DNA of 64,000 nucleotides from Takakia lepidozioides (taxonomy: Eukaryota; Plantae; Bryophyta), in assembly GCA_030704615.1 (NCBI GenBank), contig CM060734.1:17422001-17486000 (forward strand). The letters run 5' to 3'. A program made the translations under genes and the position numbers. This document shows, one piece after another, positions 10,620 through 23,000 of the stretch. Under the pieces are notes generated by a model. The model was not told where the DNA came from, made no database searches, and saw only the letters and a program-made list of their open reading frames with translations. Positions within the stretch are counted from its first letter, which is position 1. Each line of letters starts with the position of its first letter.

Positions 10620-12323
10620 GCGAATGCGGCGCCGCATTTCCGTTAAGTACCATCACGAAGCTACACATCCGTACTTGTTGGAAGAAAATGCAGCACCGCA
10701 TTTCCGTTCCACCTTCACATACCTTAGTTGTTGAACGGAAATACGGTGCCGCATTTCCGTCCCACAGCTCCATGTATGAGATACAAAAGGGAAATGTTGC
10801 GCCGCATTTCCATTCTGGAATGTCGAAAGGTGCGATTCGGACGGAAATGCTCAATCTGAACGGAAATGCGGTACCGCATTTCCGTTCCCCCTTCACATAC
10901 CTTAGTTGTTGAACGGAAATAGGGTGCCGCATTTCCGTCCCACAGCTCCATGTGTGAGATACAAAAGGGAAGTGCGGCGCCGCATTTCCGTTCTGGAATG
11001 TCGAAAGGTGCGATTCGGACGGAAATGCGGCACAACATTTCAGTTCCCGTGGTTCATGATTTTCAATCTGAACGGAAATGCGGTACCGCATTTCCGTTCC
11101 CCCTTCACATACCTTAGTTGATGAACGGAAATGTCGTGCCACATTTCCATTCGGGAAAGTATAGAAATCTCACCTGAACCGAAATGCGGTGCCGCATTTC
11201 CGGTCTGGAAAGTTTGAAGGTCTCACATGGATGGAAATGCGGCACCATATTTCCGTCCCACAGCTCCAGGCCTCATATACAAAACATAAATGCGGCGCCG
11301 CATTTCCGTTCCAGAATGTCGAAAGGTGCGACTCGGACGGAAATGCGATGCCGCATTTCTGTTCCCGTTGTTCACGATTTTCAGTCAGAACGGAAATGCG
11401 GTAGCGCATTTCCGTTCTGTAGAGTATTAAGGTCTGACCCTGGCGGAAATGCGGTGCCGCATTTTTGTTCCACAGCTCCATGCCTCACATACAAAACGGA
11501 AATGCGGCGCCGCATTTCCGTTTTGGAATGTCGGAAGGTGCGACTCCGACGGAAATGCGGTACCGCATTTCAGTTCCGATGGTTCACGATTTTCAGTCAG
11601 AACGGAAATGCGGTACCGCATTTCCGTTCTGGATAGTATGAATGTCTGAAGCGGTCGGAATTGCGCTTTCCCAAGCGGTCGGAATTGCACTCGGCTCCTT
11701 GCATCAGATACAAAACGGAAATGCGGCGCCGCATTTCCGTTCTGGAATGTCGGAAAGTGCGACTCGGACAGAAATGCGGTGCCGCATTTCTGTTCCCGTT
11801 GTTCATAATTCTCAATCAGAATGGAAATGCGGTACCGCATTTCCATTCCACCTTCACATACCGTGCTTGCTGGATGGAAATGCGTTACCGCATTTCCGTT
11901 CTGGAGAGTATGAATGTCTTGTGAGGACGGAATGCGGTGCTGCAACATTTCTATCCCTCAGCTCCATGCGTCAGATATAAAACGGAAATGCGGCGCCGTA
12001 TTTCTGTTCTGGTATGTCGGAAGGTGCGACTGCGACGGAAATGCGGTGCCGCATTTTTGTTCCCGTTGTTCATAATTCTCAATCAGAACGGAAATGCGGT
12101 ACCGCATTTCCGTTCCACCTTCACATACCGTGCTTGCTGGATGGAAATGCGTTACCGCATTTCGTTCTGGAGAGTATAAAGGTTTTCCCCGGACGGAAAC
12201 TCGGTGCCGCATGTCCGTCGTTTTGGTGCATGACCAAGATGCAATACGGAAATGCGGCGCCGTATTTCCGTCCAGCAGCAATCGAAAGAATCACTCCGGA
12301 CGGAAATCTGGAGCCTCATTTCC
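10620..12323. repeat. Central 53-bp-period array of about 30 B-type palindromes between the divergent ParB-MTase and transposase genes
   Basis: Palindrome starts at 10862, 10915, 10968 ... 11604 (15 consecutive at exactly 53 bp); also 10684-10843 and 11717-12302 at 52-55 bp. Confidence 0.97.
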
Positions 12324-12705
12324 GCATGCTGAACCTGAATGGGTTGCATTGTTCCGAAACAACACAATTGCGGCCAGTCTTGATGAGCACAACTTGGTTG
12401 TCTGACCGTTTCAACTAACAGTACTGGCACTTGTCAGTGCGAACGTTCTTGTCTGCACCGAGAATACTGCTGGATCCACCCTCAGGAGAAACTATCAGGA
12501 GATGTTATTTCGTCGCCGAATTGGCCATCATTGTCATACTTACTGGCTATGGAATCACACCTCCCACCTTCATACATGTAGCTTGAAACAATATGTGCGA
12601 CTTCAATGTGCGACTTCCAATCGTCGATGGACTCCGCATGGTGCCTGTGAGCCTTGGTCTGTCGCTATACTGAACCTCGCACTTGCTAACTTCGTGCGGT
12701 GTTCG

Positions 12706-15700
12706 ATGGCTCCGAATTCCTACGCTATAGTTTGCTGTCCTCCGCAACTTGGGAGAGCCTGGATCCCAAACGAGGGAGGACTTTGCAGAGTGACTGAAAC
12801 TTACCTTTGTTCCAAATTCAAGCTCAAACCGGGCACAGTTTATTTGGAAGAAGAAAGGAAGGATGTTCCTGGACAGGTTGACGAGACCATTGTCGTGCTA
12901 GGTAACGACGGAGGTTGCAGAATCGAATGGCACGTACCCCCATCAGACACCATCCTGTACTGAGCTGTGGGAATGCCCATTCCCTTTCCGAATCAGTCGC
13001 TGCCCACACCATCCACAAAGGAGTCTGGAAACCGATAGGTGGCCACTGCCAACAGAGAGGTATGCAACGATAATCATTCCCGACCTGGACCGTCAAGACC
13101 CTCCATAGCTTCTCGTGTGGACGTATTCGACATTTCCGACGATGAAGATGAGTGCATTGAGGTCCCCATGTCCTCCACAAGGTCGTTCAAATCCGAGATG
13201 GACGTCTCTGCAGGTGCTACGCATGTACCCTCGAGCATAACTCCAATCCGGTCCATTGTGCAGCTCCCACGGCAACATCACCTCGATGGTTCTCGCTCCG
13301 AGCTGGCTGCTCTCGACTATGCCAAATTTCCGGTCAGGAAGGTAACATATCTGCCTCCCAAAGTCGATGGCAATGTCATCTTCAAGTTTCCACCTGTTAC
13401 TTCGTCAAACAAAGCCTCAGGGATGTTAACAGACATGGATCGAAAGCATGACGGACACCCCTGGTGTGTGACGAAGACCAGTAGCACAAAAATTGCTGAT
13501 GGTGGTCGTGTACGATACGTCCTCTGTGCGGGGAAGCTGAGGTGCCTCAATCCCGCCTGCTTCCACTTTCTTTCCAAAGGAGGGCGGAGAAACGAGACGG
13601 ATTGGACTGGCACAACGCATCATCCATTCATTGTCTACAGCCAAGCTCCTGCGGGTACTTTCAAGTGCGCTCATTGCAAAGAACCACCGACATGCATGTC
13701 CATGTGCAGAGCCAAGCAATATTACGTTATCCATTTGCTCCCGGACTTGACTAGAGCTTGCATACACGTTGGGGTCCACTGCCATCCCTTGGCGAGAGGC
13801 AACATGCGTGAGGCTGTGCAGGAAGCACACGACATCATAAAAGAGGAGATGAAATTGAGCCCCGGAGCCAGACCAAAGCAGATTCAGCTGAAGGCAGCCC
13901 ACAAGATTGCTCTTGGCAAAATCATGTCTGAAGATGGTTCAGACCGAGTGCCCTTGAACGAAGAGGAGATGCTTGACCTGTTGGAGTCCGTCTCGCACGT
14001 TTGTATTCCGAATGTGCGGAATCACATCGTATCTTGCAAGCAGGAGTTTGGCCGGGGGTCGGACATGCACTCAATCCTGGAGGTGAAACGAATGACTAGA
14101 TATGACTACATCCAAGGTAGCAGGTTTCCAGGGCAAGGCAGCGAATCCAATCGTTGTTACATTTTTAAAATGTCGACGTGTGGGCCTAGGAGTGGAGTCG
14201 ACTTGGTCACTCGCATGACAACTGGAAACTTGTCGAATGCTTGGGTGATGTTTGATCACATCAAGCGAATTACAAACCATTAGTGGGTGACTATGGGTGC
14301 GCATGTTTATGACTATCACTCCAAGAGGCTCATGACGATTGCAATCTGCGAGATGAAAGGGGAGGACACACAGTCGGAGATGCATCTGTGGGAGGGCATA
14401 AACAAGCAGATGGCAAGGGCGGGATTGCCAGAGCCCAATTTCAGGGGATTCATGGCAGACAACGCTCAGGCCAACTGGGCAGCAGTGCGGCGTGTGTACG
14501 GTGAGGACCCCAATGTTCCAATGGAGGGGAAAGAGAGATCCTGTGGATTCCATTGGATGCAGAGTCTATCCCACTACACTACCAAATTTGTTGCTAGCTC
14601 ATTCCAGGCTGAACACCGTGTCATTTGTACGGCGTGGAAGGATGCACCCACATTTGATGACGCAGAGGTTAAGTTTGCTATCATCAAGGCTTGGTGGAAC
14701 ACGTCAGGTGCAGTGGAGACAACCAATCTGGGAGCCTTACACAGCTGGTTGGGGTGGTGGCATTTCCGGTATCGATAGTTCGGACAGTACATGCGGGAGG
14801 TATGATGCTGTCATTTTCGTGCAATTGTTTTTCTATTACGGACCTTTCCATTGGTTCATCACCATTGTCTGTGTCCTTGTAGGAGCGGTGCTTGGATTCC
14901 AACACGGACATGCCGAACACGAATATGGCAGAATCAGTGCATTCCTCCTGGCGAGCGTCTTCTGCCGCACATCTGGTGGACGTAGTGACGGCCACAACGG
15001 AGGACATCGACAGAGCAATCATGCAGCAAACCACGTACTACAAGTTCTTGAGCGGGAAACAATGGGGCTTTGGCCGGACAGGGAGGAATTGTTGGTACGA
15101 ACAGCTTCGAGGTCGAAGAATCCACTGAAATGGGCGACAGCATTGCGAGAGAAGATCAAAGGGACGCCTCTGCACCGCAGAGGTGAGCACCTAGAGGGGG
15201 ACGTCCGTACTCGCCCTGTGAGGCGGAGGATTGAAGAGGAACCCGGGTGCGAAGAGGATTCTTGGAGATCCGACAGGAACATTCAGACAGCACCTCGAGG
15301 GCCCGTCATGTTGCCGCACAATGTGTCTTCCAGCAGTGGAAGCCCAAGAAATTCCAGATTGCCATCGCCTTCAAGCGGGGATTCCATGCGAGAAATTCCC
15401 ACCGCTCGCTTGCCCCAGACTGTTATGCAGTATGGCCAAGCCATTGTGGAGACGACTGTGTCTGCGTCACAGTGGAGAATTGCTCGCACAAAGCCGTCGT
15501 TTCGAGGCAGGTGTTCCACAATTCGAGTGGATACACGACAACGTTATTTAGAGATGATAAGGAGGAATCCAGATGGTGATGTCTCTGCTCCTACTTTTAC
15601 AGGAAGATTTGTCCATGCAAAGTTTGCGGAGGCGACAACCACCCAGTTCTGGTTCTGCAGGCACGACATTATGACTTGCGTGTATGGAAAGCCCAAGTAC

Positions 15701-16303
15701 GGCATACAAACAATGCCAAAGGCTCCCCCGATGTGGCCGGTGGAACCAGGCTGTGATCTGAGTCAGGTTGAGGCCGACGCCCTTACCGCCGTAGGATTTC
15801 GGATGGTGCAGCGCACTGACGTCCCCAGACAACCATTTCCGCTTCCACAGCCTCCACCACCGACCCCTGTGAGAGCAAGAACAATGGGACCCGACAGCTC
15901 TAAGCATCCTACACACCGTTGGGGGAAACCGAAGAGGCGGCGACCTCCCTCAAAAGTGAACGAGACAAGGATGGGGAATGCACTTCGGATGAACTGTACA
16001 ATCCAGAGCTCGACAGAAGTGCCCCCACCAGGCTTTGGGTGTGTGTATCAGATGGCCACGGCAGGCTCAGCTGTTTGCAATGAGGTGTACACCATCACCA
16101 TTTCAGAATTACCCACCTGCAATTGCACCGATTTTCAGATCATGGCGAACAAGGGGGCATCATACTGCCCTTGCAAGCATCTGTACTACGTGTACCTAAA
16201 GAGACTCCGGTGTAATTCCACAACTCATCACTTCATACATGCACCAAGGTTGAGCCCCCAAGAGGTGCACACTCTTCTGAATATGGATCCAGGGGACCAG
16301 TGA
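12706..16303 (+). pseudogene. MULE transposase (N-terminal unknown domain, GCM-like Zn domain, DDE, SWIM), element B
   Basis: DGHPW..CAGKLRCLNPAC..CAHC..C..HVGVHCHP; WVMFD, FMADNAQA, CGFHW (CxxH), TNMAESVH; SWIM CNC..CKH. Intron 14800-14882. Stops at 12961, 13036, 14281, 14776 and a 1-bp frameshift near 15071. Confidence 0.92.
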
Positions 16304-17215
16304 CCTTGGCTTGCGGTCCCAACACAATGGTACGCCCATCCTTTTCGGATAGTAGAACTGTACTGCTGCAAGTAGCTCTGACTCTGGCCACAGAAAGGTC
16401 CGACTTATGGTTACTATTTTGCTCGAACTAAGATAATACTATGTCATTCACTCGTGTTTCCACGTGCATGTATTTTTGTGTGTTAGAGGGTTCCTGTTTT
16501 TCTGCTCTCCCAAACTTTGCTTTCCTCATTCGACCCCCGGCAAGGAAATGCGGCGCCGCATTTCCAAGTCACGTCGTAGGTACTGGTAGATGCGGCATTC
16601 ACCAACACCAAACAACCCAGAAATTTCGCACGTGCGAACCCTAATGCGGCACCGCATTTCCTAGTTGACTTGCAAAACTTTCCCGCCGAATACTGGAAGA
16701 TGACAGAAATGTGCAGACTCTATTGGTTCAGTCGCGGCAAAAGGGTCAGCTTCATTCCAATGTTAAGGCATGTAAAACCGCGGAATACTCTATACAGGCC
16801 AGTATGCGACGTCCTTTTGCCGTGGTATACTGGATTTCTCGTTGCACGGTCACTCATTTCTATGAGCGGATCTAAAAAACCATGAGCGGAGTTGTTACTG
16901 ACGACATATCTTCGCGCTGGTCCTTTGACCTTTGACGGCAAGGTCAAATATAAAACTATTATTTTAATACTTGTTTAATCTGCCGCATTTCCAAATTTGG
17001 AGGAGTCCGCTCATGAAATCCGCGTGTCTTAGACTTCGACTCACCGCTCATGCGGCTCATGCGGCTCATGGTTCATGGTTTCTGCTCATGAAATAGTAAA
17101 CCTCGTAAGAACAAATCCACTTCAAGAATGCCAATACCAACAGAAGCAGAAAGGGTAATAAGAGAGCGAAGGGAGGTGCCTCACGAAATTTGGAGGCAAC
17201 TTACAATGCGACCAC

Positions 17216-20095
17216 TCACTCGTACACCGGGGGCTCCTCGGCCTCAATCCCAACTTGTTCCTCCCCCTGCTCCTTCTCGGATTTTTCCTCATCCTCCGAG
17301 GATGCCTCTTCCTCTTTCGGCAAACGTTCAGCCGCTGCAAGTTCCGAGTTGTGGAGGGCATTATCTGGCTCGAAGGCGAACACATGCCTGTCGGACAACG
17401 TCCCTGCCCACATTGAAGCACCTGAGGAACAAAGCGGGCGGTTAATAGCTTGCGGCATGCAATTGCAATCGGGCCAGGGGACAAACTGAGCACGTGAAGG
17501 CTTACCCGTGCCGCATGTGAGGTCTAGAATCCGCCCTTGGACATCCGAGCACGTCTCCATGAGGGTTTGGATGAAAGCAGGGCTCCGGGTCCGGCTGTAC
17601 CGCCACGGTTTGCCTGTCTTTGTGTCCTTCGGCATATTGGAGTGGGGCACATAGTTGTAGAGGACATCGTAGGTAACAGGGTCCACAGCGGCATCAACAA
17701 GACGACCGTCGTTGCGGAATTTGAATGTAGACCCTCTCTTCACAAAGCAATATGCCTCAAACACCAATGTCTGCACATCCAACAAAATAGGGATCAACTC
17801 CGGGATCTTGTTTAGATACACCACAATATGAGGTGAATGCAATAGATTGATAACTTACACTTTGGCCCTCTGTTCGCAACCCCTGTGTATTGATGCAGAA
17901 CCATTTTCTGAGGAGGACCGGGGTGACACTTTTCGGTGTCCACCTTGCCACCGCATTCTCTGTGGTCTTCCCTCTTGTGGCAAGGACACCCACACATCCA
18001 CCGTCATCCAGAAGCGTCCGGCCCGAAAATGGCTAAGTCCCAGAACGGCAATAGGGCCCAGAACTGGAAAAATGGCGCCGAATTTCCAGTTTAGGGCCAG
18101 CCACCCTAGGGACTTAGCCATTTTCGGAGCCTTGACTGGAAATTCGGCGCCATTTTCCCAGGTCCGGCCCGAAAATGGCTAAGTCCCATATGGCCTTGAC
18201 CTGGAAAAATGGCGCCGAATTTCCAATTCAGGGCCGGCCACCCTAGGGACTTAGCCATTTTCGGAGCCCTAATCTGGAAATTTGGCGAAAAATGCAAGGA
18301 CTGTAAGGAAGGCATCGCGTATGTACCTGTACAGAAGGCGCATTGCTGCTTTGTCCGCGTTCGGCTGGTCGGTGAACTCGTGGCTCCGGCGGGCATGTGG
18401 TATCTCCCGAAAGAATAGGTCGGTTTTGTAGAGCAGAAAGTACCTCGTCACATAGTCGCGGAGGCTCTGTGCTGCAGGAGAAATCTCCATCTTGAACTGA
18501 TGTGTTTGTGTGTCCAGCTGCTCTTGCGCATTCGTCGTCACATGTGGAGATTCTCCATCAGATCGCATTGCTGAAAAAATACAATGAATCCACCCCCTAC
18601 AATAGTAGAAGCGCCAAACGAAGCGTGGGGAAGTACCTAAAACCACCATGTCATGCGGTTCATCCACATGTCGAATGTGGGGTCAGACAGTTTCTCCGGT
18701 TTGGGGAAGCTCCACATGTCCCTTGTACTTTGGGAACCATTCCAGATTTGGAGCCACCGGGTCTGTCCAACCACCCAGCATATTCGTAAGCGCCAAACAC
18801 CACAAAAATGAGTTGTTGCCACCACAATTTGGTTAAGAATGTATCACCTTTTCTGCACCATCCACACAGGATGTGGCTAGACGATGGAGCTTCTCCAATG
18901 TCATCGTGCAATGCCACATTTCCATCAAACAATACTGAAATGGGAATTTACAACAAATATGAGGATTCACAATGAAATGACTTACAATCGGATGGGTCCA
19001 AAAGCAAGAGGCGTTGTAACTTACGAGTTGATGTCCGCCATTGCAGCTTTGAGAAGACTGCGATCTTTGGGCCCCGCAACCTTCAGCACAACACACTCCA
19101 CGGCGAAATGCCAATCGAGGTCGTTGGGGTGGGCTTTGGCTATGTGCTCCATCCATGCCAGGAGGCGATGATTGCCGTCCCACACGTAAAACATCTTTCC
19201 GGACAAGTGCTGGAAAAGAGGATCAGTAACAATCGATCTCTCGAACTCCTCATTTCGCCTTTGCCAATGGGGACCCCATTTGTCCACCTCATCGGAAGTG
19301 TGGGCACGGGAAGCTCCGCGGTCGTTCTCAATGGAAACGTAAAACGCGGCAGACCCCATTCGATATCCATCCCGGAAAGAGAATTTCAGCTTGTCGATAT
19401 CGCCTGGGAGGGCAGGTCTCACCACCTGCAAAGACACCAAGCGGCAAAGGGGAATTCGAAGCTTGGCCGGGTACACCATGCCCCCCAGCACCCTGCCAAT
19501 GTTGCTGTGGGTTGCCTCCAACATCTTGGTAGCGGCCAACTTCATATCCGCCTCGGACATGACGTCTGCTGCAGAGGGGTTCTCCGGCAGCCCACCAGGA
19601 TCGCCAAATCCAGCCTGTATGCTGCGGGTTTGGGGCCTGGGGATGTCCGGGAGGATGTCATCCTGGTCAGAAAGCTCGGTGTCGTCCTCCTCAACATGGT
19701 GAACCACCGGTGAAACCACCTCAAGCACTCTCCCTGTCTCTACTGCCATCTCCCCGGCTTCACCTCGAACATGCACAATCCGTGCTCTTTATGGTGTTCT
19801 TTCCTTTCCCCCACTCTCCACCGTATGGGTAATTGTGGGGGCTGCTCTTGTCCGTGATGGTGTAACCGGTGTGTTACTGCCTCTTTGTGGTGTCTTGGAG
19901 GGATCCACCGTCTCTGTGCGTCCCTCGCTTACATTGGCATCTGTCATTTGGGCACCCCTGGCCTCTTTAGTGGTCTTTTCTCTTTCCTCCTGGCTAGCCT
20001 TCTGTCTCGCCTGTTCTTTTGCCCTCTCTTTTGCCCTCTCACGGGCTTTCTGTTTCTTACTAGGGCTAGCAGCAGGGGAGCCCTCCAGGTCAGTT
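17216..20095 (-). pseudogene. ParB-MTase gene of element A (5' truncated; motif-IV region and a helical exon missing)
   Basis: ParB-like exon 19021-19776 with FYVWDGNHRLLAW (DGNHR at 19165-19179); MTase RSPAFIQTLMETCSDVQGRILDLTCGTG and ASMWAGTLSDRHVFAFEPD; colinear with the B gene. Confidence 0.82.
18015..18290. repeat. A-type quasi-palindrome array (GGAAAAATGGCGCCGAATTTCC alternating with GAAAATGGCTAAGTCC in both orientations)
   Basis: Copies at 18066, 18138, 18203, 18276; roughly two tandem units of about 137-147 bp. Confidence 0.88.
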
Positions 20096-23000
20096 TGATC
20101 TATTCTTGAAATTCTGCAAGGGCTTCACATGGAGGGACACCGCTCGGAGCTGGCCGGGCTGGACTACAGCAAGTTTGCAATTAAATCGGTTATATGCCTT
20201 CCCGCAGACGTCGACGGTAATATCTTCTTTGAGTTCCCTCCTCGGACGGACTACTCGAGGGCGTCCGGAATGTTGACAGATATGGATAGAAAACATGATG
20301 GTCATCCTTGGTGCGTCACCAAAACCACCAGCATGAAGATGCTCGATGGTGTGCGGGTGCGCTACGTTGTTTGTGCGGGCGCGTTGCGGTGTTTCTCCCC
20401 AACTTGCTTCCATTTTAAATCCAGAGGTCACAGGAACGAGACTGATTGGACAGGCACAGCTCATCAACCATTTCGAGCTCAGGAGAAGGTTCCGAACTCC
20501 ACATTTAAGTGTGCGCATTGCAAAGAACCACCACACTGCATGTTTGTTTGTAATGCCAAGAAGCTCTATGTGTTGCACCGTTTCCCTGACCTCACCCGAG
20601 CTTGCATACACGTTGGTTCCCATTGTCACAAATTGGCGAGGGGGAACTCGCGGGAGGCTGCCCACGAGGCAGAGCAGCTCGTTCAGGAGGAGGTTAAGTT
20701 GAGACCGGGTGCCAACCCAAACAAATACAGCTCCAAGCCGCCCATAAGATGGCATTGGCCAGAATTATGTCGGAAGACGGCTCCGATAGAGTTCCTCTCG
20801 ATGAGAAGGAAATGGAGGCATTGCTGGAGTCGGTGTCCCACGTATGTTCACCGAATGTCCGAAACCACATTGTCTCATGCAAACAGAAAATTGGGCGTGG
20901 CTCGGATATGCACTCCATTCTGGAGGTGAAGCGACGATGTGGATATGACTACATTCATGGAAGTAGGTTTCCAGGACAAGGAACTGAGGCAGATCGTTGT
21001 TTCGTATTCAAAATGTCCACGTGTGGACCTGGCAGCGGCGTCGAACTGGTCGACAGGATGACGATGGGGACTTGTCAAACAGTTGGGTCATGTTCGACCA
21101 TATCAAGCGAATTACAAATCACCAGTGGGTGACAATGGGTGCACATGTCTACGACACCCACTGCAGGATGCTAATGACAATTGCTATTTGTGAGATGAAA
21201 GGAGAGGACACACAATCGGAGATGCTTCTTTGGCAGGGAATAAATGAACAGATGGCCAAGGCGGGATTGCCCCCTCCCAATTTCCGTGGTTTCATGGCGG
21301 ACAACGCACAAGCAAATTGGGCTGCCATCCGAAGGGTGTACGGGCAAGACCCCAATGTTCCCATGGAAGGCAAGGATAGATCTTGTGGGTTTCATTTTTT
21401 GCAGAGCCTTTTGCAGTACACAACCAGGCTCGTGGCGCCAGATTTCAGAGAGGAGCACCGTTCCATGTGTCTTGCGTGGAAGCGCGCTCCCACCTTGGAT
21501 GATGCAGAGACACAGTTTGCATGTATACGGGCTTAGTGGACATCGTCAGGTGCTGTAAGGAAATCAGACGAGGGAGCAATGGTCAGTTGGCTAGCATGGT
21601 GGCATTATCGTTTCCTCCAGTTCGGCGACTATATGCGGGAGGTGAGTTGCACGAATTCGCGTCCCGTTGAATATTATTCTTGGCATTATTTGTAACTTGC
21701 TTGTAACCTTAACATGTGCTTGTGCAGGAAATGTGTCTCGACTCCGACACCGACATGCCCACGACAAACATGGCCGAATCAGTGCATTCTTCCTGGCGTG
21801 CCTCCTCTGCGGTGCATCTGGTGGACATCCTCACTGCCACAACAGATGACATTGTGAGGTCAATTATGCAGCAATGCAGGTACAACGAGTTCTTGAAAGG
21901 GAAACAGTGGGGCTTGGGGCCGGACAGGCAGGAAATGCTGATGCGGACTGCCTCCAGATCGAAGAATCCTCGGAAGTGGGCGGCGGCCTTGCGAGAGGGC
22001 CTTCGGGACACGCCATTGCTTCGAAGAGGCCAACATTTGGAAGGAGATGTTCATACCCGTCCAGTGAGACGAAGACTTGACGAGGCATCTGGCAGGGAAG
22101 AGGATTCATGGCGAGCTGACAAGAATATTCGCACGCTCCCTCGTGGTCCCGTGATGTTGCTCGAGGAGGTCTCGTCGAGCACCGCAAGTCCTGCACGTTC
22201 AAGATCGCCATCTTCTTTGAGTACAGGGCACGTGCCCGAGGAACATAACGAGCCATCTGTGGTAACGCAGTACAACATACCCATTGTGGAGACAAGAGTG
22301 TCGGAGTCACAGTGGAGAATTGCAAGGACATTGCCGGCATTTCGAGGGAAGTGCTGCGCCATTCGAGTGGATACGAGAGCACGTTGTGCTGAGATGATTC
22401 GGAGGAACCCACACGGTGCTGTACCTGCACCTTGTTTCAGCGGCAGATTTTTGACTCCCACATTTGCTCACGCCACAACGCAGACGTTTTGGTTCTATAG
22501 GCAAGACATAATGACCTGTGTATTTGGCAAGCCCAAGTACGGGATTCAGGGAATGTCGGAGCCTCCGGGCGTCTGGCCTGTTGCACCGGGTTGCAGCCTC
22601 TCTCAGAATGAGGCGGATGCTCTATCTGCAGCAGGATTTCGAATGGTGCAACGCACAGATGTCCCGGCCCACGCATTTCTAGTTCCTCAGACCCAGCCAT
22701 TGCAGACTGCTCGGTCCAGTAGAGACGGATTGGACAATTCTGCACATCCCACAATGCGATTCGGAAGAGTGAAGAGACGATACCCTCCCAACAAGTTGAA
22801 TGAGACTCGGATTGCCAATGCTCTTGGGATGGCTTGCACTATTCAGAGCTCCGTGGACGTACCTCCACCCGGCCTTGGGCGTGTTTATCGGATGGCAACG
22901 GCCTGCTCGGCTGTACGCGACGATGTATACACAATTACGATTGGAGTGGAGCCGACTTGCAATTGCAGGCAAACACAGCAGTAGGTCGTTTGCCAGCACG

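Larger units (their letters stand above)
1972..17104. mobile_element. Mutator-like DNA transposon, element B (15,133 bp, structurally full-length), nested in A
   Basis: Ends GGGGGCTGCTATTTCATGAG ... CTCATGAAATAGTAAACCTC; perfect 9-bp TSD GTAAGAACA at 1963-1971 and 17105-17113; CATGAGC tandem subterminal repeats at both ends. Confidence 0.95.

Noticed and set aside
10620-12323. CRISPR array (22-bp palindromic repeat with 31-bp spacers)
   Set aside because: Spacers recur in higher-order tandem units, repeats are degenerate, there are no cas genes, and the context is an intron-containing eukaryotic transposon.
10620-12323. Palindrome centres as restriction-type targets (GGYRCC, GTYRAC)
   Set aside because: The degeneracy is more simply explained by deamination of a central CpG; no independent evidence for these MTase specificities.
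14492-16303. 603-aa ORF as an independent intact gene
   Set aside because: Only the part after the frameshift near 15071 is real transposase; the earlier part reads off-frame through the exon and intron.
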